From positions 51 through 64,050 of the forward strand of contig JAFQFI010000055.1 in NCBI GenBank assembly GCA_017398655.1: DNA of 64,000 nt. Direction: 5' to 3'. This stretch comes from Clostridia bacterium. Lineage in GTDB: Bacteria; Bacillota; Clostridia; Christensenellales; UBA1242. Made by a program: the position numbers and the translations under genes. Positions 18,402 through 27,553 of the stretch are shown in pieces. Numbering within the stretch: position 1 is the stretch's first letter; every line of letters starts with the position of its first letter. The notes under the pieces are model-generated. The model worked only from the letters and a program-made list of their open reading frames with translations, searched no databases and was not told where the DNA came from.

Positions 18402-19400
18402 ATGGACGAAAAATCTTCAAAATTAAACTTTGAAAAATTTAATATAAAAACATTTTTATTAGAGTGTCTTATAATAATGCTTGGAACATTTATAACAGCA
18501 ATGGGTTTTAAAATATTTTTAACTCCACATAATATTGTTCCGGGTGGATTTATGGGTATTGCCCAAATTATTTTTGATTTAATTGCAAAAACAGGTTTTA
18601 CTGCTATTCCGGTTTCTGTTTGGTACATAATTTTAAATGCTTTTTTATATGTATTTGCTGTAAAGCATATGGGTATAAAATTTGGTTTAAGAGTTGCTGT
18701 TGGTATTTTATCTTACTCTCTTTTTGTAGGGCTTATTGATAGTTTAGATTTTGTTTCTTCAATTGCTACTCAAATAGAAACAGAAGCTATTGGTATAACT
18801 GGGGCAGGCGTTTATATTTTATATGCCATTTATGGTGGTTTGTTAATGGGTGCTGGCTTGGGTTTAGTTTTCCGTGGTAATGGTTCAACAGGTGGCTCTG
18901 ATATGGTTGCTGTTCTTGTTAATAAGTTTTTTCCAACAGTTACAACAGGTCAAATTGTAATGACTGTTGATGGCATAGTTGTTGTTTTATCTGCAATTGC
19001 TTATCAAAGCTTGGTATTGCCACTTTATGCATTAATAACAATTTTTATTTGTGGCAAAGTAGCAGATTTATTTGTTGATGGCGTAAGGTCATTTAGGGCT
19101 TTTTATATAATTACAGAAAAAAAAGAAGAACTTTCTCAAACAATATTTGATAAAATTCATAGGGGAGTAACAAACATTAAATGTGAAGGTATGTATACTC
19201 ACCAAGATAGAGATATGCTTATGGTTATTGTTAGAAGGTCACAAGTTATGATGCTTAAAAAAGTTGTTAAAGAAGTTGACCCAGAGTCATTTATGTTTAG
19301 TGACAGTGTAAAAGAAGCATATGGAAAAGGTTTTTTAACATATTCTGAAAGAACAAAAATTTTTGCAAAAAAGGTGAAAAATAAAAATAAGGAAAACTAA
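18402..19400 (+). CDS. YitT-family membrane protein (with a DUF2179-type C-terminal domain)
   Basis: Five or six TM helices, GGTGGSDMVA-like block (GSTGGSDMVAV), then a soluble C-terminal domain. Confidence 0.8.
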   Translation: MDEKSSKLNFEKFNIKTFLLECLIIMLGTFITAMGFKIFLTPHNIVPGGFMGIAQIIFDLIAKTGFTAIPVSVWYIILNAFLYVFAVKHMGIKFGLRVAVGILSYSLFVGLIDSLDFVSSIATQIETEAIGITGAGVYILYAIYGGLLMGAGLGLVFRGNGSTGGSDMVAVLVNKFFPTVTTGQIVMTVDGIVVVLSAIAYQSLVLPLYALITIFICGKVADLFVDGVRSFRAFYIITEKKEELSQTIFDKIHRGVTNIKCEGMYTHQDRDMLMVIVRRSQVMMLKKVVKEVDPESFMFSDSVKEAYGKGFLTYSERTKIFAKKVKNKNKEN

Positions 19401-20059
19401 TGAAAAAAGTAATAATATTTGATTTTGACAATACAATTGTAATGTCATTAAAATATTGGAAAAAGGTTATTGAAAAAGAAACTGCTAAAAAATACAAAGT
19501 AAGTGAAAACTTATATTTTGCAGAAAAAAGACATGGATATAGTAATATTGATACGGCAAAACTTTTTTTAAAAATGCACCCAAATGTAACTGTAACTTAT
19601 AATACAATAATTGATTATTGGTATAGTTATATGCAAGATAAATATACAAACAATGTAAATTTTGTTGCAGGAGCATATCAGTTTTTACAAAATTTAAAAC
19701 AAAAAGGTTATAAACTTATTTTGGCTACAGCAACAGGCAAAATTTTATTAGAAAAGGCATTAAAAATATTTAACTTGCAAAATTTTTTTGATAGAGTTAT
19801 TTGTGAAGAAGAAATTGGTAAAAGTAAATAAGAGCCCGATATTTATTATAAAATAATGCAAGAGTTTGAAGTAAGGCCAAAAGATTGTTTATATTTTGAA
19901 GATTCTTTAATAGCTATTACAACGGCAAATAAATTGGGTATTGATTGTGTTGCAATGATTAATAATTTAAATAAAAATAATTTAAATAAATTTAACAATT
20001 TATGTATTAAAACAGCTAAGCGATATTCAAATAAATTGATGAAAGAATTAAATTTGTAG
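19400..20059 (+). pseudogene. HAD-superfamily phosphatase interrupted by an in-frame TAA (19829-19831)
   Basis: Motif I FDFDNTIV in the first ORF. The second ORF is in the same frame and continues ...GKSK*EPDIYYKIM...YFEDSLIAITTANKLG (motifs III and IV). Confidence 0.6.
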
Positions 20060-20069
20060 TAGGTGGAAA

Positions 20070-20240
20070 ATGGATAATTTAGAACTTTTAAGATTGTCAG
20101 AAAATCAAGATGTAGAAGCATACGAGCAACAAGATTTTGAAGACACTTCAGTTAGTGGTACAGAAAAATATAAAAAAGAATATACAGAGTTTTACAATGA
20201 TGTTAAACAAAGTAGTAAATATATAAAAGAAGATTGGTAA
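20070..20240 (+). CDS. Small acidic hypothetical protein (56 aa, below the ORF-track cutoff)
   Basis: AGGTGG just upstream (short spacing). The ORF MDNLELLRLSENQDVEAYEQQDF... is followed by a 13-bp-stem terminator. Confidence 0.3.
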   Translation: MDNLELLRLSENQDVEAYEQQDFEDTSVSGTEKYKKEYTEFYNDVKQSSKYIKEDW

Positions 20241-20339
20241 AACAAAAAGTTTGTTTATGTTGCTAATAAAAAACAATAAACAAACTTTATTTTTTATGGC
20301 ATAATATAAACTAATAAATATAAAGACGAGAGAAAAGAT

Positions 20340-21506
20340 ATGGAATTAATTAAAAAATTATTTATTAAAGATTATAAAAATACAGCAGATAGTAAAGTAA
20401 GATTTAAATATGGCATAGTTGCTGGTGTTATTGGCATAATATCAAATTTTTTATTGTTTATAGCAAAATTTCTTGTAGGTTTTCTTAGTGGAAGTATAAC
20501 TATTGTTGCAGATGCAATAAACAATTTATCTGATATGGCAAGCAATGTAATTGTTATTTTTGGTTTTAAACTTTCTTCAAAACCAGCCGATTCAGAGCAC
20601 CCTTTTGGTCACGAAAGATATGAACAAATTATGGCGTTAATTGTATCAGTTATTGTTATTGTTATTGGTGTTTTATTATCAAAAAGTTCATTAGAAAAAA
20701 TATTTAATTATGAAGAAACAACAGTTACTATTACAACATATATTGTTTTAGGTATTGCAATTTTAGTTAAATTATTTCAAATGTTTTTATATAAAGATTT
20801 TGCAAAATCAATTAATAGTGATGTTTTAAAAGCAAGTAGTGTAGATAGCAGAAATGATGTTATTTCAACATCTGCAGTTCTTGTTGCAATGGTTCTTATT
20901 CATATTTTTGGAAACATTGGTTTTAGTATTGATGGTGTGTTTGGCTTAATTGTATCAATATTTATTATTATTTCTGCTATAAAACTTATGAAAGAAACAA
21001 TTGGTCCTTTACTTGGTGAAATGCCAGACCCAGAGTTTGTTAAAAGTTTAAAAGATAAAATTTTAAGTTATGATGGAGTTTTAGGGTTGCACGACTTTTT
21101 AATCCACTCATATGGAGCAAACAACTTTTTTGTAAATGCTCATGTAGAAGTATCTTCTAAAGTTGATATTATGATTTCTCATGATATGATTGATAATATT
21201 GAAAGAGATTTTAAAGAGCAACTTAATATAGTTTTGTCAATTCACTTAGACCCTATTGAAACAGATAATGAAGAGGTTAATTTTAACAAGAAAAAGGTAC
21301 AATTAATTTTAAAAAATATTGATGAAAGTTTAGATTTTCACGATTTCAGAATGGTTTTTGGTGAAACACATACAAACATTTTATTTGATGTTGTAATACC
21401 TTTTGGCAGTAAAATTACTTTTGAACAGGTTAAAGAAGAATTGGAAAATAAATATAAAGACGAAGATAAAAAATACTTCTTTGTACTGGGGCTTGACAGA
21501 ATTTAA
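20340..21506 (+). CDS. Cation diffusion facilitator (CDF) family metal efflux transporter
   Basis: Six TM helices with ADAINNLSD and HPFGHERYE motifs. C-terminal cytoplasmic domain. Confidence 0.9.
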   Translation: MELIKKLFIKDYKNTADSKVRFKYGIVAGVIGIISNFLLFIAKFLVGFLSGSITIVADAINNLSDMASNVIVIFGFKLSSKPADSEHPFGHERYEQIMALIVSVIVIVIGVLLSKSSLEKIFNYEETTVTITTYIVLGIAILVKLFQMFLYKDFAKSINSDVLKASSVDSRNDVISTSAVLVAMVLIHIFGNIGFSIDGVFGLIVSIFIIISAIKLMKETIGPLLGEMPDPEFVKSLKDKILSYDGVLGLHDFLIHSYGANNFFVNAHVEVSSKVDIMISHDMIDNIERDFKEQLNIVLSIHLDPIETDNEEVNFNKKKVQLILKNIDESLDFHDFRMVFGETHTNILFDVVIPFGSKITFEQVKEELENKYKDEDKKYFFVLGLDRI

Positions 21507-21629
21507 AGTCAAGAAATTTTAACCCCAAAAATATATTTTTGGCGTTTTTTATAAATATATAAAACTTAGTAAAAAAGCATTGAAGAATGCTTTTTTCTTT
21601 GTTAAACTAAGGGGTATTAGAGGTGTAAA

Positions 21630-23093
21630 ATGGCATTTTGTAAATATTCAACAAGTTTAGGTAATTCTGCTACTATAAGCATAGATGTAAAGTTTTTAAA
21701 TGATTATGTGCCTATTGCACCAGAAAGTTGTTTAAAAGTTTACTTATATGGTCTTTTAAAATGTCAAAATAGTGCTGGATATGATAACACAATTGAAAAT
21801 TTTGAAGAAAATTTAGGGTTAAGTAAAGAAGATGTTTTAAATTGCTTTTTATATTGGCAAGACCAAAACTTAGTGCAAGTTTTAGAAACAGACCCTATTG
21901 AAGTTAGATATTTACCAACTAAAGATAACTTGAAAAATTTAAAGAAAATTGATAACAAAAAATATGCAAGTTTTGTTGCAGAACTTCAAGATATAATTTC
22001 TGGCAGACAAATTAATCCAAACGAGTTTTACAAATACATAGATTTTGTAGAAACTTATCATATTCAACCATGTGATTTTAATATGATTGTTAAATATTGT
22101 GTTGATAAAAAAGGTGATAATATTAACTGTAATTATATATTAACTGTTGCAAAAGTTTGGGCAGATGAAGGTATTAGAACAGCAGAAAAAATTGAAGAAA
22201 AAATTGAAAGTTTAACCCTTTTAACATCTGATATAAATCAAGTTGCAAAGGCATTAAAATTTAAAGGTAATTTGTCTATTGAACATCAACAAATGTATGA
22301 AAAATGGACAAAAGCATATGGCTTTGTTTTAAATAATATTTTATTATTGTCTAAAAAAGTTTCTACAAAAACAAAGAACTTTAGTTTTGAAATGCTTGAT
22401 AAGTTGCTTGGCAAATATTACGAATTAAAGTTAATGAGTTTTGCAGAAATGCAAGAGTATGAAGCAAATAAATCAAACTTAATAACTTTAGCCAAAGAAA
22501 TTAACAAAAACTTAGGTATTTATTATGAATCTGTAGAAAACGAAGTAGAAACATATATAATTCCTTGGCTTAATAAGGGCTTTAATGAGCAATCTTTATT
22601 GCAAATTGCAAATTTCTGTTTTAAAAGCAATATAAGAACTCTTGAAGGCATGGAACAATCTGTTCAAAAATTCCACAAATTAGGTTTGGTTTCTGTAAGC
22701 AGTATTGATAACCACTTAAACGAAATTATTGCTACAGATAAACAAATTAAAGAGTACTTAAATAAACTTAATATTGATAGAAGAGTTAATAGTTTTGATA
22801 GGTCTTTTTACAGAACTTGGACATATACATATAAGTTTAATGATGAAATTATTAACTATGCACTTGATTTATCTGTTAACAAAGCAAATGGTATGCAATA
22901 TGCAAATGCATTGCTATCTGACTGGTATGATAAAGGTTTAAATACTATTGAACAAATTAAAAATCAAGCAGTACAAAACACACCTAAACAAAGCAGTGGT
23001 GCAACTTTTGAGCGTAAATCTTTTGCCTCCAGAACATATTCTGAAGAAGAAGTTAATGCTTTGTTTGATAACTTAGACGAGATAAATTTATAA
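21630..23093 (+). CDS. DnaD-domain replication initiation / membrane attachment protein (Bacillus DnaB-like helicase-loading factor)
   Basis: Size, repeated DnaD-like C-terminal domains (NYILTVAKVWADEGIRT; YANALLSDWYDKGLNT), and position directly upstream of the DnaI-like ATPase. Confidence 0.7.
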   Translation: MAFCKYSTSLGNSATISIDVKFLNDYVPIAPESCLKVYLYGLLKCQNSAGYDNTIENFEENLGLSKEDVLNCFLYWQDQNLVQVLETDPIEVRYLPTKDNLKNLKKIDNKKYASFVAELQDIISGRQINPNEFYKYIDFVETYHIQPCDFNMIVKYCVDKKGDNINCNYILTVAKVWADEGIRTAEKIEEKIESLTLLTSDINQVAKALKFKGNLSIEHQQMYEKWTKAYGFVLNNILLLSKKVSTKTKNFSFEMLDKLLGKYYELKLMSFAEMQEYEANKSNLITLAKEINKNLGIYYESVENEVETYIIPWLNKGFNEQSLLQIANFCFKSNIRTLEGMEQSVQKFHKLGLVSVSSIDNHLNEIIATDKQIKEYLNKLNIDRRVNSFDRSFYRTWTYTYKFNDEIINYALDLSVNKANGMQYANALLSDWYDKGLNTIEQIKNQAVQNTPKQSSGATFERKSFASRTYSEEEVNALFDNLDEINL

Positions 23094-23103
23094 GGGAATA
23101 TAA

Positions 23104-24039
23104 ATGAAAAATATAAAATTAAAAAATAAGGTTTTAAATGATATAAAATCTTCTAAATTGCAAGCAGAAGCCGTAGCAGACCAATTTTTAGAAAAAGCAA
23201 TGCAAGATGAAGAATTTAAAAATACATATTTAATAATAAAAAATTTAAACTTTTCTATTGCAAAAAAAGAATTTTTAAATCAACCTACTGTAGAAGATAA
23301 AAAAGCATTAAAAGAATACTCTTTGCAGATGGATAAAATTTTAAATAGAATAAAAATTAAAAAAGAAGATTTGCTTCCAAAATATTCTTGTAAAAAATGT
23401 CAGGATACAGGTGTTGTTGATGATAAACTTTGCGAGTGTTTTTATCTTAAATTAAATACAGAAATTATCAACAATTTAGGAATAAAAGTGGATAAATCTC
23501 ACACTTTTGAAAAAGCTAATTTTGATATATTTGATAAACCAGAAGATATAAAAAAATTATATGAAAAATTAAAAATATGGTGTGAAAATTTAGAAAATTC
23601 TAAATATAAAAATCTACTTTTATCAGGTCCTACTGGTGTTGGCAAAACTTATTTAGTAGAAAGTATTTGCAATAATTTAATTTCAAAAAATGTTGTTATT
23701 AATTATTATACAGCTTTTGCCTTAAACGATTTGTTTTTAAAATATCGTACATCTTTTAATGAAAATAAGGCAGGGTTATTGGATGGCGTTTTACAATGTG
23801 ATGTTTTAATAATAGATGACCTTGGTTCAGAACCAAATATGAAAAATAACGAGGAATATTTTTACTCTGTTTTCAACGAGCGTCTTGCCAATAACAAAAG
23901 CACAATTATTGCAACAAATTTAGACCTTGAGCAATTATTTAAAAGATACGGAGAGAGAACATTTAGTAGATTATGTAATAAAGCAAACTCTATTTTAATA
24001 AAAATTAATAATGCTGATTTAAGGTTAAAAAGAAAATAA
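23104..24039 (+). CDS. dnaI: Helicase loader ATPase (DnaI/DnaC family)
   Basis: Zn-finger-like CKKCQDTG...CEC. Walker A GPTGVGKT. Walker B LIIDDLG. Confidence 0.75.
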   Translation: MKNIKLKNKVLNDIKSSKLQAEAVADQFLEKAMQDEEFKNTYLIIKNLNFSIAKKEFLNQPTVEDKKALKEYSLQMDKILNRIKIKKEDLLPKYSCKKCQDTGVVDDKLCECFYLKLNTEIINNLGIKVDKSHTFEKANFDIFDKPEDIKKLYEKLKIWCENLENSKYKNLLLSGPTGVGKTYLVESICNNLISKNVVINYYTAFALNDLFLKYRTSFNENKAGLLDGVLQCDVLIIDDLGSEPNMKNNEEYFYSVFNERLANNKSTIIATNLDLEQLFKRYGERTFSRLCNKANSILIKINNADLRLKRK

Positions 24040-24074
24040 AAAAAAAGACACTTAATATAAAAGTGTCTTTTTTA
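24038..24074. terminator. Bidirectional terminator between convergent genes
   Basis: 9-bp stem AAGACACTT/AAGTGTCTT flanked by an A-run and a T-run. Confidence 0.75.
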
Positions 24075-24078
24075 TTTA

Positions 24079-25152
24079 TTAAGGTTCAGGGGAAATATCT
24101 GTAGCAGTTGACAACATAGGTAGTTCTGCTTTAATCATTTGAACAGCTACTGAATTATTTTCTTTAACTACTGCTATAGGGCTAAAATCGCCCTCGCCAG
24201 TATGTTCTGCTTTTGCGGCCATAACTTCGGCAGATACAGGGTTTAAAAATGTTTCTGGGTGTGAAACTGCAACTTCTTTTATTTGTTCAAGAGAAATCCC
24301 TGTTATTTCTTGATTATGTGTTTTTGCTTGTTTATCAAAACCATTTGAATTGCTATCGTTGTTAAGTGATTGTTCAGAAGTATTGTCTTGTGCTTTGTTA
24401 AAAAATCTTGCAAAATCTTGTGTTTCGCCAGTAGGTTCAATTTCTTCTCTATAAGTGGTTAAAAGAGAGTTAAAACACTCTTGGCGATAATTTAAAGTTT
24501 TTTCGGCGTTATTTTTATACAAATTTACCAATTCTGTTGGAACGACATTTTCTCCTGCTTGTTGTTGTGCTTGTTGTAAAATATTATTTACAAAATTATA
24601 TGCATAAGTATCTGCACTATATTCGTCTGGAGAGCCCATCCAATTAAGTGGAGCACCATCTTCAGTTTTACCATAAAACTTAAAGCCACATTTATCTCTT
24701 TGGGCTTGTAAAATAAAGTTTTTTTCGTTTGCAGTTAAATTTTGCATTAAGTTTTGTGAAATACTATTATATGGTAAGCCGTTGCTTTGTAGATATGATT
24801 GATAAACATCTATGTTATGCCCAATTTCATGTGAAATTGTAAAAAAAAGATTTTGTGCAGATGTAAAAACTGTTGGAATACCAATATTAACTGCTGATTG
24901 AAATCCATTAGGAAGATCGGTTCTTAAACCCGAATTTCTAAATGTTCCACCGTCTAATGTTTGAAAGTATACACCCATATTTGCAGGGTCTAAACCATTT
25001 TCAATACACATAAAATCTCTAATAGTTTCCATTGCTTTATAAGCAAATTCAATTTTTTCTAAACGAGAAAAATTTTTCCAATTTTGATATCCTTGTAAAA
25101 AGACATCTACGCAATTTTGTTTTGCCAAATCTAAAGGTGTTGTATTTTCCAT
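24079..25152 (-). CDS. Hypothetical cytoplasmic protein with an HEXXH zinc-metalloprotease motif
   Basis: HEIGH encoded at 24817-24831 (minus strand). No signal peptide or TM helix. Q/N/S-rich linker. I recognise no family. Confidence 0.6.
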   Translation of the reverse strand: MENTTPLDLAKQNCVDVFLQGYQNWKNFSRLEKIEFAYKAMETIRDFMCIENGLDPANMGVYFQTLDGGTFRNSGLRTDLPNGFQSAVNIGIPTVFTSAQNLFFTISHEIGHNIDVYQSYLQSNGLPYNSISQNLMQNLTANEKNFILQAQRDKCGFKFYGKTEDGAPLNWMGSPDEYSADTYAYNFVNNILQQAQQQAGENVVPTELVNLYKNNAEKTLNYRQECFNSLLTTYREEIEPTGETQDFARFFNKAQDNTSEQSLNNDSNSNGFDKQAKTHNQEITGISLEQIKEVAVSHPETFLNPVSAEVMAAKAEHTGEGDFSPIAVVKENNSVAVQMIKAELPMLSTATDISPEP

Positions 25153-25158
25153 ACTTTA

Positions 25159-25187
25159 TGTTTATCAAAAAACACAAGCATTGTCAA
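25159..25187 (-). promoter_or_regulatory. Extended -10 promoter (TTGACA-17-TGaTAAACA) predicting a leaderless transcript of the HEXXH gene
   Basis: On the minus strand: TTGACA (25187-25182), a 17-nt spacer, and TAAACA (25164-25159) preceded by TGa. The A of the ATG (25152) is the 7th nt after the -10. No SD is present. Confidence 0.4.
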
Positions 25188-25289
25188 TTTATATTATTAT
25201 TTAATAATTTATTAACAAAGCATAGTTTTTTTTGTTTATAAAAAAAACAAAACATAGATGTTGTCTATGTTTTGATACATTTAAAAAGA

Positions 25290-25652
25290 TTATTTTAATG
25301 TAGGTGTAAGTTCTGGGTTGCTATTATACAATTTAACCTCATTTTTTAAAATTAAACCAAATGGAGATTCAAAACCAATTAAGTGAGTTTGGTCTTCTTC
25401 ATCTTTTATTGTGGTTAAATTTGTAAGAACTGCACCATGAATAGCTTGTATCCAGTTTGTACTATTTAAAGCTCCTAACAAATTTTGTTGATAATTGTCC
25501 ATTTTGTCTGTTGACATAATGCTTGTTAAAAACGAACTTTCTTCGCCATCTTTATCATAAAAGCCAATAGACATTTGTTGCAATTCTATAGAACTTTTTG
25601 ATTTTTTTATTTGGTTAATTTGTATTTTAGATATAAAAACATTTGTATCCAT
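25290..25652 (-). CDS. Hypothetical protein (120 aa)
   Basis: The ORF has its own terminator (stem ACATAGA/TCTATGT plus T-run on the minus strand, about 25241-25270). No family recognised. Confidence 0.5.
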   Translation of the reverse strand: MDTNVFISKIQINQIKKSKSSIELQQMSIGFYDKDGEESSFLTSIMSTDKMDNYQQNLLGALNSTNWIQAIHGAVLTNLTTIKDEEDQTHLIGFESPFGLILKNEVKLYNSNPELTPTLK

Positions 25653-25826
25653 TATTTAAAAATCCTTTATTTATAATAAAAGTATATCATAAATTATTTA
25701 CTTTTAAAAACTAAAAAACAGTATAACCTTTTTAAAATTAAAATAAAAACTAAAAAAACATTAAAAAAGTTTTATTTTTTATAAAATATTGATATTCTTA
25801 AATTGTTAAACAAAAGGTAAAAATAA

Positions 25827-26540
25827 ATGAATTTAATTAAAGATATTTGGAATAAAGGTGATGTTGAAACTTTAAATAGTTATTTGCTTTCTTTTAGCAA
25901 AGGCAAAGAAAAAGGTGAGTGGGAAAAAAGAATTGTAAATACATCTTTACCCTGTATTGCAGTGCCAAGTCAAATTGTAACAAATATTATAAAGAAAATT
26001 GCAAAAGGGAACTACATAAGTTTAATAGAGTTATTTCCTTGGCAAAATCACTCTATGACAGTAATTATAGGTGGACTAATTTGCAAAATAAAAGATTTTA
26101 ATATGTTCAAAAAATATTTAAATATATATGCAAATAAAATAGATAACTGGGCTTCTTGTGACACATTAAAATTTAAAATAAATAAAAATAATCAAAAAGA
26201 ATTTTTTAATTTGGCAGAAGAATATATTAAAAGCGAAAAACCATTTGTTAGAAGAGTTGGTTTGCTTATTATATTTAAAATGATTGGAGACAGCGAGTAT
26301 ATAGATAAAATATTTAAAATATTAAATTTATTTTACAACGAAAAAGAATATTATGTAAATATGATGCTTAGTTGGATATTATGTGAGTGTTTTATAAAAC
26401 ACAGAGATAAGACCATTGAGTTTTTAAAAAATAACAACTTAAATAAGTTTGTTATAAACAAAGGTATAAGTAAATGCAGAGATAGTTTTAGAGTAAGTTG
26501 CGAAGATAAAGAAATGTTAAAAAGATATAAAGAAAAATAA
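25827..26540 (+). CDS. DNA alkylation repair protein (AlkD-like HEAT-repeat family)
   Basis: Size and all-helical repeat pattern, with a W..S-rich motif layout resembling the PF08713 family. This is a judgement from memory, not a search. Confidence 0.55.
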   Translation: MNLIKDIWNKGDVETLNSYLLSFSKGKEKGEWEKRIVNTSLPCIAVPSQIVTNIIKKIAKGNYISLIELFPWQNHSMTVIIGGLICKIKDFNMFKKYLNIYANKIDNWASCDTLKFKINKNNQKEFFNLAEEYIKSEKPFVRRVGLLIIFKMIGDSEYIDKIFKILNLFYNEKEYYVNMMLSWILCECFIKHRDKTIEFLKNNNLNKFVINKGISKCRDSFRVSCEDKEMLKRYKEK

Positions 26541-26706
26541 ATTAAAAGACAGACAACAATACTGTCTTTTTTTGTTTGATAACAATATTTATATAAAAAC
26601 TAATTGTTCGGTAAGTGTTAATGTACACATTAAGTTGTAATAATTCATAATATGGTTTGAAGGTTTAATTTTAAACCTTTTAAAAACTTTAAAAAGGGAA
26701 AGTTTT

Positions 26707-27426
26707 ATGAATTGTTGTAATTGTATATGTCCACGCCCTTATCGTTGGGGTGTAGTTGGCCCAACTGGACCTATGGGACCAATAGGGCCTACCGGACCAA
26801 CGGGTCCGACAGGCCCATCTGGTGGTTTACCGGGTCCTACAGGTCCTACGGGTGCAACAGGACCAACAGGTCCAACGGGCCCAATAGGGGCAACAGGTTT
26901 AACCGGAGCAACGGGACCTATAGGTCCAACCGGTGCAACAGGCCCAATAGGCCCAACCGGACCGATAGGAGAAACAGGCCCAACTGGACCTACGGGTGCG
27001 ACGGGTCCTGCAGGCGAAGGAAGCACAGATTTAATTGCCAATTTTTATACAGATACTGCTGCTTTGGGTGATACAACAGCTATTCCTCTTGGGGATATTG
27101 TTAATTTATCAGGTGGTGCTATAAATCATACAGATGGTTCGACAGATATAATTTTAAGTGAAGTTGGCAATTATTTAATTTCTTATACTTCAACAGGCGT
27201 AAGAGATACAGTTGGTGATTTATCTTTAAGTGTTACAAACAATGGTACGGTTATTCCACAAAGCGTATCTTTAACAAATGTTCAAACTTCAACTCCAACT
27301 CAACTTGCAAGTAGTTTTATTTTTAATAATACTTCTGCTACTTCAACTTTAAATTTAATAAACAGTTCTGGTGCAGAAGCAACTTTTTCTGATGTAAATT
27401 TTGTAATAAGATTATTGAACGAATAA
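26707..27426 (+). CDS. Collagen-like (GXY repeat) exosporium/spore-surface protein, BclA-like
   Basis: Cys-rich N-terminus [14 protein letters not shown]. 29 GXY triplets (mostly GPT/GAT/GPI). About 135-aa T/S-rich beta-type C-terminal domain. Confidence 0.85.
   Translation: MNCCNCICPRPYRWGVVGPTGPMGPIGPTGPTGPTGPSGGLPGPTGPTGATGPTGPTGPIGATGLTGATGPIGPTGATGPIGPTGPIGETGPTGPTGATGPAGEGSTDLIANFYTDTAALGDTTAIPLGDIVNLSGGAINHTDGSTDIILSEVGNYLISYTSTGVRDTVGDLSLSVTNNGTVIPQSVSLTNVQTSTPTQLASSFIFNNTSATSTLNLINSSGAEATFSDVNFVIRLLNE
26758..27021 (+). repeat. Coding tandem 9-nt-periodic repeat tract (GXY)n
   Basis: 7 triplets, one extra Gly (GPS-G-GLP), then 22 triplets. Read directly from the translation. Confidence 0.9.
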
Positions 27427-27437
27427 TATTTAAAATT

Positions 27438-27480
27438 TTAACCCTAAAAGATATAAAACTTTTGGGGTTAATTTTATTTT
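27438..27480 (+). terminator. Rho-independent terminator after the collagen-like gene
   Basis: 13-bp stem TTAACCCTAAAAG/CTTTTGGGGTTAA (one G-U pair) followed by a T-run. Confidence 0.75.
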
Positions 27481-27553
27481 TTAAAATATACTTTTTATTA
27501 GATAATTGCTATGATATAATAAATTTGAAAATTAATAAAAAGAGATAATAAAG

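Noticed and set aside
19829-19831. The in-frame TAA in the HAD gene as evidence of stop-codon reassignment or an alternative genetic code.
   Set aside because: TAA, TAG and TGA each terminate many full-length, well-conserved genes in this window at the expected protein lengths (for example glpK, prfA, pflB and the response regulator with TGA). No other gene shows in-frame stops.
20241-20339. A possible metal-sensing (NiCo/czcD-type) riboswitch upstream of the CDF transporter.
   Set aside because: The region is short and AT-rich. It contains only a 13-bp-stem terminator for the preceding small ORF, with no conserved structured core.
21630-25652. The DnaD-domain protein and DnaI-like loader, followed by orphan genes, read as a phage or plasmid replication module or mobile island.
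   Set aside because: There are no integrase, recombinase, terminase, capsid, relaxase or repeat boundaries anywhere nearby, and no flanking tRNA or att-like repeats. The DnaB(DnaD-domain)-DnaI pair is a normal chromosomal operon in Firmicutes.
26758-27021. A highly periodic short tandem repeat that at first glance could be a CRISPR-like or microsatellite array.
   Set aside because: The periodicity is 9 nt and in frame. It encodes uninterrupted GXY collagen triplets inside a well-supported ORF. There are no spacers or repeat-spacer architecture. The alternative-frame and antisense ORFs in the track (26721-27071, 26739-27041) are artefacts of the repeat.
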